Source of the DNA: Pseudomonadales bacterium
Lineage (GTDB): Bacteria > Pseudomonadota > Gammaproteobacteria > Pseudomonadales > UBA5862
NCBI GenBank assembly: GCA_024234215.1
Contig: JACKOQ010000001.1
Location: forward strand, 335,753-399,752
DNA length: 64,000 nt
Reading direction: 5' to 3'
Part shown: piece by piece, positions 8,301 to 20,005 of the stretch
Layout: each line of letters opens with the position of its first letter
How positions within the stretch are numbered: position 1 is the first letter of the stretch
The notes under the pieces: model-generated
Seen by the model: only the letters and a program-made list of their open reading frames with translations
Told to the model about the DNA's origin: nothing
The model's database searches: none
Translations under genes and position numbers: made by a program

Positions 8301-9674
8301 ATGCATTTCAGCACGAAAATGACGCTGGCGAGCGGCCTGCTGCTCACGCTGGCCACCCCGACGCTGCTGGCCAAGGTGCCGGCGGAGCAGGCGGCGCAAC
8401 TGGGCGGCGACAAGCTGACCTATATTGGCGCCGAGAAGGCGGCCAATGCCGATGGCTCGATTCCGGCCTGGGATGGCGGTTTTCCGCAGAGCCGGATACC
8501 GGCCAACTGGAAGCCGGGCGATGTCTACACCAACCCCTGGCCGGAAGACAAGCCGCTGTTCACGATCACCGCGCAGAACGTCGCTCAGTACAAGGAGAAG
8601 CTGACGCCGGGCCAGCTGGCGATGTTCGAGAAGTACCCTGCGACCTACAAGATTCCGGTCTATGTGAGCCGGCGCACGGCGACGGTGCCGGATCGGGTCA
8701 AGGAGTCGATCAAATACAACGCCGCCAACGCCACGCTGGCCAACCAGGGCAAGGGGGTGGCCAACTACAAGGAGGTGACCCCGTTCCCGATCACCAGCGA
8801 TGGACTGGAGGCGATCTGGAACCACATCTTCCGCTGGCGTGGCGGCATCGGCGTGATCCAGAACGAGGCCGGCTTTGCGCCGCAGGTCGACGGCTCGGCC
8901 ACCAAGGTGTCGCTGACGGTCAACTTCTGGTTCAACCCGGAGGCGGGCAAGGCGGGCAGCCAGTATGAGAACATCATCTTCATGTACACCTCCGAGGTGA
9001 CGGCGCCATCACGGCTGGCCGGCAGCCCGGTGCTGCTGCACGAGAGCATCGACCAGTCGCGCGAGCCACGGCTGGTGTGGCGCTACAACGCCGGCCAGCG
9101 GCGGGTGGCGCGGGCGCCCGATGTCGGCTTCGACAACCCGAGTGACGCGGCCGATGGGCTGCTGGCATCCGATCAGGTGGACATGTACAACGGCTCGCCG
9201 GAGCGCTACGACTGGAAGCTGCTGGGCAAGAAGGAGATCTACATCCCCTACAACAACTACGAGATGAACCAGCCGGCGGTGAAGTACAAGGATCTGCTGA
9301 CGCCGGGCCACCTCAACCAGCAGTGGAGCCGTTATGAGCCGCACCGGGTGTGGGTGGTGGAGGCGAAGCTGAAGGCCGATCAGCGCCACATCTACAGCCG
9401 GCGGGTGATGTTCCTGGACGAGGACACTTGGCAGGTGGCCGAGCATGACATGTATGACGGCAAGGACCAGCTGTGGCGGGTGCAGGAGGGTTACCACACC
9501 CACTTCTGGGATGCCAGCACCGGCTGGGTGCAGGTCTACACCACCAACGACCTGAATGCCAAGCGTTACTATGCGCGTGGTTTCGTCAACGAAGAGAAGC
9601 CCTACGAGTTCACCACCAAGTTCAATTTCGAGGATTTCACGCCGGCGGCGCTGCGTCGCAAGGGAGTACGCTGA
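8301..9674 (+). CDS. DUF1329-family protein, copy 2 (tandem paralogue)
   Basis: ATG 8301 with GAGGTAGAG upstream. 457 aa. The two proteins differ by only a handful of residues and are identical from TYKIPVYVSRR through PYEFTT. Confidence 0.85.
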   Translation: MHFSTKMTLASGLLLTLATPTLLAKVPAEQAAQLGGDKLTYIGAEKAANADGSIPAWDGGFPQSRIPANWKPGDVYTNPWPEDKPLFTITAQNVAQYKEKLTPGQLAMFEKYPATYKIPVYVSRRTATVPDRVKESIKYNAANATLANQGKGVANYKEVTPFPITSDGLEAIWNHIFRWRGGIGVIQNEAGFAPQVDGSATKVSLTVNFWFNPEAGKAGSQYENIIFMYTSEVTAPSRLAGSPVLLHESIDQSREPRLVWRYNAGQRRVARAPDVGFDNPSDAADGLLASDQVDMYNGSPERYDWKLLGKKEIYIPYNNYEMNQPAVKYKDLLTPGHLNQQWSRYEPHRVWVVEAKLKADQRHIYSRRVMFLDEDTWQVAEHDMYDGKDQLWRVQEGYHTHFWDASTGWVQVYTTNDLNAKRYYARGFVNEEKPYEFTTKFNFEDFTPAALRRKGVR

Positions 9675-9706
9675 GTCTCGACTGATCCGGTTGCCGGGCA
9701 TGAACG

Positions 9707-9736
9707 GGCCGGTCTCGCAGGAGACCGGCCTTTTTT
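9707..9736 (+). terminator. rho-independent terminator (duplicate of 7875-7904)
   Basis: Same GGCCGGTCTC-gcag-GAGACCGGCC hairpin plus TTTTTT. Confidence 0.85.
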
Positions 9737-9760
9737 ATGCGCATGGGGCTCTTCGAAAAA

Positions 9761-11221
9761 TCAGGATGAGCAACTGATCTGCAACCGCTGACCCCATTCG
9801 GGTGGCGAACCGGCCCAGGCTTCATCGGCCGGATGTTCGTCATGCGGTTGGTGCAGCAGCCGGGCCAGCCGATCGATCAGGCTGAAGTCGCCCTGTTCCG
9901 CCTGGCGGATCGCCTGTTCGGCCAGGTAGTTGCGCAGCGTGTATTTGGGGTTGACCTGTCGCATGGCCGCGGCGCGTTCGGCGGGCTGGGTCTGCTCCTG
10001 TTGCAGCCGTCGTGTGTAGAGGCGGTGCCAGGCATCGAAGGCATCGGGCTGCGCGAAGAGGGCGCGGGCCTGCCGCCGACGCTGCTCGTTCTCCTCGCTG
10101 CTCAATGCCCGGAAACAGCGGCTGTAGTCGACATGCTGGGCATGCAGCAGGTTGAGCAGATCGAGCATGAGTTGGCGGTCATCCGCCTGTTCGGTCATCA
10201 ACCCGAGCTTGGTCCGCATTCTGCGCTCGAAGTGGTGCAGGTAGCGCCACTGGTACTGGTCGAGCGCCCGTTCGATCGCCTCGGCCTCGATCCATTCACT
10301 GAAGCAGAGCGCCAGTGCGCGCAGGTTCCACCAGCCGATGGCCGGTTGCTGATCGAAGGCGTAGCGGCCATGGTGGTCGGAGTGGTTGCAGATGTGGTCG
10401 AAGCGGTAGTGGTCCTGAAAGCCGTAGGGTCCGTAGTCGAGCGTTTCGCCGATGATCGACATGTTGTCGCTGTTCATCACGCCATGGGCAAAGCCGACCG
10501 CCTGCCACTCGGCAATCAGCCGCGCGGTGCGATCGATCACGTCGCACAGCAGTGTCAGCGGGGGCCAGGCGCTGTCGAGCGCGGCAGGAAAGTGGCGCTC
10601 GAGGGTGTAGTCGAGCAGTTGCTGCAGCGAGGCCTGGTCGCCGCTGTGGTGGAAGTACTCGAAATGGCCAAAGCGGATGTGGCTGCCGGCCAGTCGCAAC
10701 AGCGTGGCGCCCGGTTCGATCCGCTCGCGCCGCACCGGCAGGTCACTGCCGATGACACAGAGTGCGCGCGTGGTGGGGATGCCCAGACCGGTCATTGCGA
10801 TGCCGGCCAGGTATTCACGGATGCAGGAGCGCAACACCGCGCGACCATCGCCCATGCGCGAAAAGGGCGTCAGGCCGGCGCCCTTCAGATGCAGGTCGAT
10901 GCGCTCGCCATTGCGATTGCAGACCTCGCCGAGCAGCAGTCCGCGCCCATCGCCCAACCGCGGGCTGTAGCCGCCGAACTGATGGCCGGCATAGACCATC
11001 GCCAGCGGATCGGCGCCGGGCAGTGTACGCTGACCGCTGAAAATCTCCGCCCAATCGGTGGCCGCCAGCGTGGCAGGGTCGAGATCGATCAGCGCGGCGG
11101 CCGAGGCATCGACCGCGACCAGATAGGGATTGGGCAGCGGATCGGGCGGTTGCCGGTGGTGGAACTGTCCCGGCAGGCGGGCAAAGCTGTTGTCGAAATT
11201 GAGGTGCGGGGCGGGTTGCAT
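9761..11221 (-). CDS. selO: protein adenylyltransferase SelO (YdiU family)
   Basis: 486 aa. VYAGHQFGGYSPRLGDGRGLLLGEV and HGVMNSDNMSIIGETLDYGPYGF are typical SelO/YdiU pseudokinase motifs. Confidence 0.9.
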   Translation of the reverse strand: MQPAPHLNFDNSFARLPGQFHHRQPPDPLPNPYLVAVDASAAALIDLDPATLAATDWAEIFSGQRTLPGADPLAMVYAGHQFGGYSPRLGDGRGLLLGEVCNRNGERIDLHLKGAGLTPFSRMGDGRAVLRSCIREYLAGIAMTGLGIPTTRALCVIGSDLPVRRERIEPGATLLRLAGSHIRFGHFEYFHHSGDQASLQQLLDYTLERHFPAALDSAWPPLTLLCDVIDRTARLIAEWQAVGFAHGVMNSDNMSIIGETLDYGPYGFQDHYRFDHICNHSDHHGRYAFDQQPAIGWWNLRALALCFSEWIEAEAIERALDQYQWRYLHHFERRMRTKLGLMTEQADDRQLMLDLLNLLHAQHVDYSRCFRALSSEENEQRRRQARALFAQPDAFDAWHRLYTRRLQQEQTQPAERAAAMRQVNPKYTLRNYLAEQAIRQAEQGDFSLIDRLARLLHQPHDEHPADEAWAGSPPEWGQRLQISCSS

Positions 11222-11295
11222 TCCGGCTCTCCCGGTGCTGGAATCGGGGCTGAAGTCCGAGTATAACGCTTGGATATTGTCGGAGGGTATCGCAG

Positions 11296-11793
11296 ATGGT
11301 CAACCAAAGTGCGTTCGATTTTTCGGTGCGGAACATCGAGGGCGAACCGGTGGCGCTCGACTGTTATCGGGGCAAGGTGCTGTTGCTGGTCAATGTGGCC
11401 AGTCGCTGTGGTCTGACACCGCAGTACGCCGACCTCGAGGCGCTCTATGCGCAGTACCGTGACCGCGGGCTGGAGGTGCTGGGTTTTCCCTGCAATCAGT
11501 TCATGAACCAGGAGCCGGGCAGTGAAGCGGAGATTCAGCAGTTCTGCCAGACGCAGTACGGGGTGCAGTTTCCGCTCTTTGCCAAGATCGAGGTCAATGG
11601 CAGCGGCCGGCATCCGCTCTATCGGTGGCTGACCGCTGCCGCCCAGTCGCAGCCGGGTGACATTCAATGGAATTTCGAGAAATTTCTGATCGATCGCACC
11701 GGGCAGGTGGCTGCGCGCTTCGCGCCGCGGGTGTTGCCGCTGGATGCAACCCTGATCGAAGCCCTCGAGCGGACGCTTGCGACGACGCAGTGA
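11296..11793 (+). CDS. glutathione peroxidase (Cys-type)
   Basis: NVASRCGLTPQY, FPCNQF and WNFEKFL motifs. 165 aa. Confidence 0.9.
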   Translation: MVNQSAFDFSVRNIEGEPVALDCYRGKVLLLVNVASRCGLTPQYADLEALYAQYRDRGLEVLGFPCNQFMNQEPGSEAEIQQFCQTQYGVQFPLFAKIEVNGSGRHPLYRWLTAAAQSQPGDIQWNFEKFLIDRTGQVAARFAPRVLPLDATLIEALERTLATTQ

Positions 11794-12073
11794 GGCTGAT
11801 TCGCTCCGACGGCCGCGGTTGTCGCAGATCAAGGAAGTTTTCATTGCCGGCAGGTGATCTCGGTGTTCTCTTGAACAACCCAGAGGGCTTACGTACCATG
11901 CTGGCAGCAGTGCGGGACCGAACCACAGACCGATAACAACCCGACTGCGCTTGTGCCCGTCAGCCCGCTTCAGCCACACCCCGTTCTTGCGTGGTCCGCT
12001 GCGGCCAACCCCGCCGTCCTGTCTGTCTGGCGCGGGTTGACAGACAAAATCACAACAATACAGGGAGAACACC

Positions 12074-13261
12074 ATGCGTGAAGTCGTAATCGTGGACAGC
12101 GTCCGCACCGGCCTTGCCAAATCGTTTCGTGGCAGCTTCAACATGACGCGGCCTGATGTGATGCTCGCGCATTGCATCGATGCGCTGCTCGACCGCAATC
12201 CGGCGCTCGACCCCGCGCTGGTCGACGACAACATCGTGGGGGCTGCCAGCCACGATGGCTATCAGGGCATGAACATCGGCCGCACCTCGGTCATCCTGTC
12301 GAAATATCCGATCACGGTCTCTGGCCTGAGCCTGAACCGCTACTGCTCATCCGGCTTGCAGAGCATTGCCATCGCCGCCAACCAGATTGCCAGCGGTTTT
12401 GCCGATGTGATCACCGCCGGCGGTGTCGAGCAGGTCACCCTGACCCAGGGCAAGAGCAACAGCGAAGGGCTGCTGAACGAGCAGATCGCCAAGACCGCAC
12501 CGGGCATCTACATGCCGATGGGGCAGACCGCCGAAGTGGTCGCCAAGCGCTACAAGGTGAGCCGCGAGTCACAGGACGAGGTGGCCTACCAGAGCCAGGT
12601 TCGCACGGCCCGCGCCCAGAAAGAGGGGCTGTTCAAGGATGAGATCGTGCCGATGAAGGCCACCTACATGGAGGTCGACAAGGCCACTGGCGAGACCAGG
12701 CACATCGAAACCGTGGTGGACCGCGATGAGTGCAACCGCCCCTCGACCACGCTGGAAGGGCTGGCCGCGCTGAAGCCGGTCTTCGATCCGGAAAATGGCA
12801 CCGTGACCGCCGGCAACTCTTCGCAGCTCTCCGATGGCGCCTCGATGACGCTGGTGATGGCGGCCGACATGGCCGAAAAGCTGGGGCTGCAACCGCTGGC
12901 CTACTTCCGTGGCTTCACCGTTGCGGGCTGCAACCCAGACGAGATGGGCATCGGCCCGGTCTTCTCGGTGCCCAAGCTGCTGCAGCGTGCCAAGCTGAAG
13001 ATCGATCAGATCGACCTGATCGAACTGAACGAAGCCTTTGCCTCGCAGGTGGTCTACTGCCGCGATCAACTCGGCATCACGATGGATCAGCTCAATGTCA
13101 ACGGCGGTTCGATCAGCATCGGTCACCCCTACGGCATGACCGGTTCGCGTCTGACCGGCCATCTGTGCCGTGAGTTGAAGCGGCAGAAGAAGCGTTATGG
13201 CATGGTGACGATGTGCATCGGTGGCGGCATGGGCGCCAGCGGTCTGTTCGAAGCCTGCTGA
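12074..13261 (+). CDS. acetyl-CoA C-acyltransferase (thiolase)
   Basis: LNRYCSSGLQSI (active Cys), GHPYGMTGSR and CIGGGMGASGLFE. GGGAGA RBS upstream. Confidence 0.9.
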   Translation: MREVVIVDSVRTGLAKSFRGSFNMTRPDVMLAHCIDALLDRNPALDPALVDDNIVGAASHDGYQGMNIGRTSVILSKYPITVSGLSLNRYCSSGLQSIAIAANQIASGFADVITAGGVEQVTLTQGKSNSEGLLNEQIAKTAPGIYMPMGQTAEVVAKRYKVSRESQDEVAYQSQVRTARAQKEGLFKDEIVPMKATYMEVDKATGETRHIETVVDRDECNRPSTTLEGLAALKPVFDPENGTVTAGNSSQLSDGASMTLVMAADMAEKLGLQPLAYFRGFTVAGCNPDEMGIGPVFSVPKLLQRAKLKIDQIDLIELNEAFASQVVYCRDQLGITMDQLNVNGGSISIGHPYGMTGSRLTGHLCRELKRQKKRYGMVTMCIGGGMGASGLFEAC

Positions 13262-13385
13262 GTCGCCTCTGCGACAGTGGGATGCTGTGAAAACAGCAGT
13301 GGTCCGGGGAACCGGGCTGCTGCTGGGACAGCGCAAGAGTTTGACGGCGTTTTCTCTTCTTCCCTCTGCATGACGCGGTGTCGAA

Positions 13386-13415
13386 CCGGCACCGCGCCTG
13401 TTCGCCGGATTTTTT
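13386..13415 (+). terminator. possible rho-independent terminator downstream of the thiolase gene
   Basis: CCGGC-13nt-GCCGG followed by ATTTTTT. Short stem, about 125 nt after the stop. Confidence 0.3.
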
Positions 13416-13677
13416 CATTCAACGCCTGGATGTTTCCGGGCTGTCCGACCTGCCTGGTGTGTCGGTTTTTGAACAGGGCCGTTGCCTGCGAATGCGCATC
13501 AGCGCAGCGCAGGACGCAGAAAATCTGCGGGTGCAGAGGTCGGAATGGGCTGTTTCAGGCCGGTGCTCCAGCCCGAGCCCTGGCAGGTTCGATCAGAAAC
13601 ATCACTCGAATAAGGCGCGGGCGAGACCTAACGGCTGGTCCGGGTCGCCCGCCTTGATCAGAGAGCGCTGCCGGCCA

Positions 13678-14031
13678 TCAGTCTGCCATGTCCTTGAGCC
13701 GCTTGAGCGGCAGCACCTTGACGCTGGTCGAGGCCGGCTTGGCGGCCACATCCATGAATTCCCCCGGTTTGAATGGGTTGGGCACATTCTTGCGCGCCTT
13801 CTTGGCCGGCTTCTTGACCGCCTTGATCTTCAGCAGGCCGGGCAGCACGAATTCGCCGGCTCCTTTTTTGCCCAGGTGACGCTCGATCACCACCGCCAGT
13901 TCGTCGAGCACATCGCTGACCTGTTTGCGGGTCAGTGAGGTGTTTTCGGCGATGTCGGCCAGAATCTGGGTCTTGGTGTACTTTTCGGCAATCGGAGCGC
14001 TCTTGGTGGCGGGGGCTTTTTTTGTTGTCAT
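13678..14031 (-). CDS. HU-family DNA-binding protein with Lys-rich arm (117 aa)
   Basis: ORF 13678..14049 trimmed to MTTKKAP.... HU-like core TKTQILADIAENTSLTRKQVSDVLDELAVVIERHL...GEFVLPGLLKIKAVKKPAKKARKNVPNPFKPGE. Confidence 0.8.
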   Translation of the reverse strand: MTTKKAPATKSAPIAEKYTKTQILADIAENTSLTRKQVSDVLDELAVVIERHLGKKGAGEFVLPGLLKIKAVKKPAKKARKNVPNPFKPGEFMDVAAKPASTSVKVLPLKRLKDMAD

Positions 14032-14278
14032 GAGAGAATCCTGGGGCATAGGGGGATGAAATAAGTGGAGTCAGGCAATTGGTGGGGGTCGGGGCGAAGC
14101 AGCCAGTGGTGGCAGGCCCTGACCGAACCGCCCAAAACGCAGTGCGTTATAGCCTATCGATTGCGGTGCGTGCAAGCGGCACGCGGTCAAAAAAGCGTTT
14201 TTCATCACGTTGGCGGCGTCACTGCGATCTTCATCGCTGGCGGGACCATGATGCGGATGTCTCGATGCAAGACTCGGG

Positions 14279-14284
14279 TATAAT
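14279..14284 (+). promoter_or_regulatory. perfect TATAAT -10 box 72 nt upstream of the zinc-ribbon/aspS genes
   Basis: TATAAT at 14279-14284. No convincing -35 element. Confidence 0.2.
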
Positions 14285-14355
14285 TCCCACCCCTTGCGGA
14301 GTGGCCCGGTCTGTTGGGCCCGGTTCGATATCTGTCGAGAATCAGGAGCGACTCC

Positions 14356-14646
14356 ATGCCTATTTATGAGTACCGTTGCGAACGCTGCCAGCACAAGCTC
14401 GAAGCCATTCAGAAGATCAGTGACGAGCCGCTGGTCGATTGCCCGGCCTGCGGCCAGCCCGGACTGAAGAAATTGATCTCCGCCGCCGGCTTTCGCCTCA
14501 AGGGGGGCGGCTGGTATGAAACCGACTTCAAAAGCGGCAGCAAGAAAGGGTTGGCCGACAGTGCCGGCAGTGGCAGTGAGTCGACCTCTGGCGCCAGCAG
14601 CACCAGTGAAACCACCTCGTCGTCCAGTGCCTCTTCGGCCGAATAG
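14356..14646 (+). CDS. FmdB-family zinc-ribbon protein with Ser/Thr-rich tail
   Basis: MPIYEYRCERCQHKLEAIQKISDEPLVDCPACG (CxxC...CxxC). AGGAG RBS at 14344-14348. Confidence 0.85.
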   Translation: MPIYEYRCERCQHKLEAIQKISDEPLVDCPACGQPGLKKLISAAGFRLKGGGWYETDFKSGSKKGLADSAGSGSESTSGASSTSETTSSSSASSAE

Positions 14647-14694
14647 CGTCGCCCTTCATCGCCTTCCGTTTTCGTCTCAGGAACAATCATCATC

Positions 14695-16470
<1,776 letters not shown>

Positions 16471-16497
16471 CACAGCTTCAAGCGAGGCGCGATTGAC

Positions 16498-17244
16498 ATG
16501 GCAGGGCACAGCAAATGGGCCAACATCAAGCACCGCAAGGCGGCACAGGATGCCAGGCGCGGCAAGGTCTTCACCCGGCTGATTCGCGAGATCACCATCG
16601 CGGCCCGTCTGGGTGGCCCGCTGCCGGCGGACAATCCGCGGTTGCGCAGCGCGGTCGACAAGGCGCTCGGCAGCAACATGACCCGCGACACCATCGACCG
16701 CGCCATCCAGCGCGGTGCCGGTGCCGGTGATGAGCAGCAGCTCGACGAGGTCACCTATGAGGGCTATGGCCCCGGCGGGGTGGCGATCCTGGTCGAGGCG
16801 ATGACCGACAACCGCAACCGCACCGTGGCCGAGGTGCGCCATGCATTCGCCAAGCATGGCGGCAACCTCGGCACCGATGGCTCGGTGGCCTACCTGTTCA
16901 GCAAGAGTGGCCAGATCACCTTCGCGCCGGGCGCCGACGAGGAGAAGATTCTGGAGATCGCACTCGAGCATGGCGCCACCGACGTCATCAGCGAGGAGGA
17001 TGGCTCGATCGAAGTGCTGACGCCGCCACATGACCTGCTGACGGTCAAGGATGCGCTGGTGGCGGCTGGCTGCCGGCCCGACAGCAGCGAAGTGGTGATG
17101 CTGCCGGCGACCCAGGTCGAGGTCGAGGGTGAGGCGGGCGAGAAGGTGGCGCGCCTGCTGGAGCGGCTGGAGGATCTTGATGATGTGCAGAATGTCTTCA
17201 CCAATGCCAACCTCTCCGAGGCGCTGTTGGCCGGGCTGGAGTGA
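16498..17244 (+). CDS. yebC: YebC/PmpR-family transcriptional regulator
   Basis: [32 protein letters not shown], the hallmark N-terminus. Confidence 0.95.
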   Translation: MAGHSKWANIKHRKAAQDARRGKVFTRLIREITIAARLGGPLPADNPRLRSAVDKALGSNMTRDTIDRAIQRGAGAGDEQQLDEVTYEGYGPGGVAILVEAMTDNRNRTVAEVRHAFAKHGGNLGTDGSVAYLFSKSGQITFAPGADEEKILEIALEHGATDVISEEDGSIEVLTPPHDLLTVKDALVAAGCRPDSSEVVMLPATQVEVEGEAGEKVARLLERLEDLDDVQNVFTNANLSEALLAGLE

Positions 17245-17286
17245 CGTGCCGACCTGCGCGCCTTCCATCCGTGGCGTATCTGTCCG

Positions 17287-17862
17287 ATGAAGGTGCTGCT
17301 CGGCATCGATCCGGGTTCGCGGGTGACCGGTTATGGGGTGATTCAGGCCGAGGCCGGGCGTGTCGACTACCTCGACAGCGGCTGCATCCGCATGAGCACG
17401 GTGACGATGCCGGTGCGACTGGGTGAGATCTTTACCGGCGTCACCACCCTGATCGACCGCTACCGGCCAGTTGAACTGGCCATCGAGCAGGTGTTCCTGG
17501 CGCGCAACGCCGATTCGGCGCTGAAGCTGGGACAGGCGCGCGGCGCCGCGATCGCGGCAGCGGTCAGCCGTGGTCTGCCGGTGGCGGAGTATTCGGCCCG
17601 ACAGATCAAGCAGGCGGTGGTGGGCAAGGGCGCGGCGGAGAAACAGCAGGTGCAGCACATGGTCAGGGAGCTGTTGCGGCTCGAACGGGCGCCGGCCAGC
17701 GATGCGGCCGATGCCCTGGCGGCGGCCATCTGCCATGCCCACACTCTGCAGAGCGGCGCGCTGCTGTTGCTGCAGTCGACTGACCGGTCGCGCCGCGCCC
17801 GGTCCCGGCGCGGCACGGCGCTGCTGGCAGTGCATCCGGCACGGCCGGAGAGCGATCGATGA
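17287..17862 (+). CDS. ruvC: crossover junction endodeoxyribonuclease RuvC
   Basis: [19 protein letters not shown]...[18 protein letters not shown] overlap with ruvA. Confidence 0.9.
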   Translation: MKVLLGIDPGSRVTGYGVIQAEAGRVDYLDSGCIRMSTVTMPVRLGEIFTGVTTLIDRYRPVELAIEQVFLARNADSALKLGQARGAAIAAAVSRGLPVAEYSARQIKQAVVGKGAAEKQQVQHMVRELLRLERAPASDAADALAAAICHAHTLQSGALLLLQSTDRSRRARSRRGTALLAVHPARPESDR

Positions 17863-18482
17863 TTGGCCGAATCAGCGGCATCCTGCTCGAGCGTCATCCG
17901 GCCGGGTTGCTGGTCGACGTGCAGGGTCTGGGTTATGAGGTGAAGGTGCCGCTCAGTACACTGTTTGCGCTGCCGATCGTCGGTGAACGGGTCACATTGC
18001 ACACCCATCTGGCGAGCCGGGAGGATGGACAGACGCTCTATGGTTTTCTGACGCTGGCCGACCGCGAGCTGTTCCGCGAACTGATCAAGGTGACCGGCGT
18101 GGGCCCCAAGCTGGCCCTGACGATTCTCTCCGGCGTCTCGGCCGAGCAGTTCGTGCGCGCGGTGCGCGCGCAGGATGGCAGTGCGCTGGTGCGGCTGCCC
18201 GGCATCGGCAAGCGGACCGCCGAACGGCTGCTGCTGGAGCTGCGTGACCGCCTCGATGATTGGCAGGTGGCCGGCGCTGGCTCTGGCCCGAGCGACGCCG
18301 GAACTCGGTCGCCGGTGGTGGAGGTGTCGCCGATGCAGGAGGCAGAGCAGGCGCTGGTGGCGCTGGGCTACAAGCCGCAGGAGGCGGCGCGCGCGGTCAG
18401 CCGTGCCCAGCAGGAGGGTGATGAGCCCTCGACCAGCGAAGCGTTGATCCGTCGGGCACTGCGCTCGATGGTGGGAGGCTGA
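17859..18482 (+). CDS. ruvA: Holliday junction DNA helicase RuvA
   Basis: [11 protein letters not shown]...[13 protein letters not shown]. Confidence 0.95.
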   Translation: MIGRISGILLERHPAGLLVDVQGLGYEVKVPLSTLFALPIVGERVTLHTHLASREDGQTLYGFLTLADRELFRELIKVTGVGPKLALTILSGVSAEQFVRAVRAQDGSALVRLPGIGKRTAERLLLELRDRLDDWQVAGAGSGPSDAGTRSPVVEVSPMQEAEQALVALGYKPQEAARAVSRAQQEGDEPSTSEALIRRALRSMVGG

Positions 18483-18510
18483 GCATGGGGCAGGTCAACG
18501 GAGCAGGTCG

Positions 18511-19551
18511 ATGATCGAATCGGAGCGCATCGTGTCGGCGCAGCCCAAGGGGCGCGAGGAGGGCAGCGACCTGTCGATCCGCCCGGCCCGCCTCGGTGAC
18601 TACATCGGTCAGGCAGCGGTGCGCGAGCAGCTCGAGATCTTCATCGGCGCCGCCCGCGCCCGCGGCGAGGCGCTCGACCACACGCTGATCTTCGGTCCGC
18701 CCGGACTGGGCAAGACCACCCTGGCCAACATCATCGCCAACGAGATGGGGGTGGCGGTCAAGTCCACCTCCGGTCCGGTGCTGGAGCGGGCCGGCGATCT
18801 GGCCGCGCTGCTGACCAACCTCAACCGCGGTGATGTGCTCTTCATCGACGAGATCCATCGGTTGAGCCCGCTGGTCGAGGAGGTGCTCTATCCGGCGCTC
18901 GAAGATTTTCAGCTCGACATCATGATTGGCGAGGGGCCGGCGGCGCGCTCGATCAAGCTCGATCTGCCGCCCTTCACGCTGGTTGGCGCCACCACCCGCG
19001 CCGGATTGCTCACCTCGCCGCTGCGTGACCGCTTCGGCATCGTCCAGCGGCTGGAGTTCTATGACACCCCGGCGCTGGCGCTGATCGTCACCCGGGCGGC
19101 GGCGATTCTCGGCATCGCCATCGATCCGCAGGGCGCGACCGAGATCGCCTGCCGTGCCCGCGGCACGCCGCGCATCGCCAACCGTCTGCTGCGGCGGGTG
19201 CGCGATTTTGCCGAAGTGAAGGGTGATGGTCACATCACCCGCGAACTGGCCGATCGTGCCCTCAACATGCTGAGTGTCGACCAGTTGGGTTGTGACCCGA
19301 TCGACCGCCGTCTGCTGCTGACGCTGATCGACAAGTTCGGTGGTGGTCCGGCCGGCATCGACAGCCTGGCCGCCGCGATCGGCGAGGAGCGCGGCACCCT
19401 CGAGGATGTGGTCGAACCCTTTCTGATCCAGCAGGGCTTCATCATCCGCACCCCGCGCGGACGGGTGGTGACCCAGCAAGCCTATCTGCACTTCGGTCTG
19501 CAACCGCCGGCGGTCACCGGTGATGCCGGGCAAGGGGCACTGCCGTTGTGA
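18511..19551 (+). CDS. ruvB: Holliday junction DNA helicase RuvB
   Basis: Walker [12 protein letters not shown] and LFIDEIHRL. 346 aa. Confidence 0.95.
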   Translation: MIESERIVSAQPKGREEGSDLSIRPARLGDYIGQAAVREQLEIFIGAARARGEALDHTLIFGPPGLGKTTLANIIANEMGVAVKSTSGPVLERAGDLAALLTNLNRGDVLFIDEIHRLSPLVEEVLYPALEDFQLDIMIGEGPAARSIKLDLPPFTLVGATTRAGLLTSPLRDRFGIVQRLEFYDTPALALIVTRAAAILGIAIDPQGATEIACRARGTPRIANRLLRRVRDFAEVKGDGHITRELADRALNMLSVDQLGCDPIDRRLLLTLIDKFGGGPAGIDSLAAAIGEERGTLEDVVEPFLIQQGFIIRTPRGRVVTQQAYLHFGLQPPAVTGDAGQGALPL

Positions 19552-19994
19552 GCAGCCAGCCGGAGCATCCCGCCGCAGTGCCCTTCAGCCTGGCGATCAG
19601 GGTCTACATCGAGGACACCGATGCCGGCGGCAGGGTCTATTATGTCAATTATCTCAAGTACATGGAGCGTGCCCGCAGCGAATGGCTGCGCCGGCTCGGT
19701 TTCGAGCAGCAGACATTGCGGGCGCAGAACCTGCTGTTCGTCGTCCACTCGCTCGAACTGCGCTATCACCATCCGGCCCGGCTCGACCAACTGCTGCAGG
19801 TCACCGCCGATCTGATCGAGACCGGCCGCGCCAGTCTGCTGTTTGCCCAGCAGGTGCTCGATGCCGCTTCCGGAGGCTGTCTCGCCAGCGGTCAGGTGCG
19901 AATCGCTGCGGTGGCGGCCGACAGTGGCAGGCCGCTGCCACTTCCTGAACCTCTGCGCCATGCGCTGGTCTCACCCCCATCCCTCTCCCCGTAA
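19548..19994 (+). CDS. ybgC: tol-pal-associated acyl-CoA thioesterase YbgC
   Basis: 4HBT fold motif [31 protein letters not shown]. Located upstream of tolQ. Confidence 0.85.
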   Translation: MSSQPEHPAAVPFSLAIRVYIEDTDAGGRVYYVNYLKYMERARSEWLRRLGFEQQTLRAQNLLFVVHSLELRYHHPARLDQLLQVTADLIETGRASLLFAQQVLDAASGGCLASGQVRIAAVAADSGRPLPLPEPLRHALVSPPSLSP

Positions 19995-20005
19995 GGATTT
20001 TCGTC

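Larger units (their letters stand above)
6483..9736 (+). repeat. tandem direct duplication, offset 1832 bp: 6483-7904 versus 8315-9736 (DUF1329 gene plus terminator)
   Basis: By-eye alignment. About 22 substitutions in the first ~330 bp, mostly third-codon position. The ~940-bp core (6811-7754 vs 8643-9586) appears identical, supported by identical antisense ORFs in the track. A few differences occur near the 3' end. Confidence 0.9.

Noticed and set aside
13585-13595. GGTTCGATC T-loop-like sequence in the thiolase/HU intergenic region, considered as a possible tRNA
   Set aside because: No complementary T-stem, acceptor stem or anticodon arm could be drawn around it.
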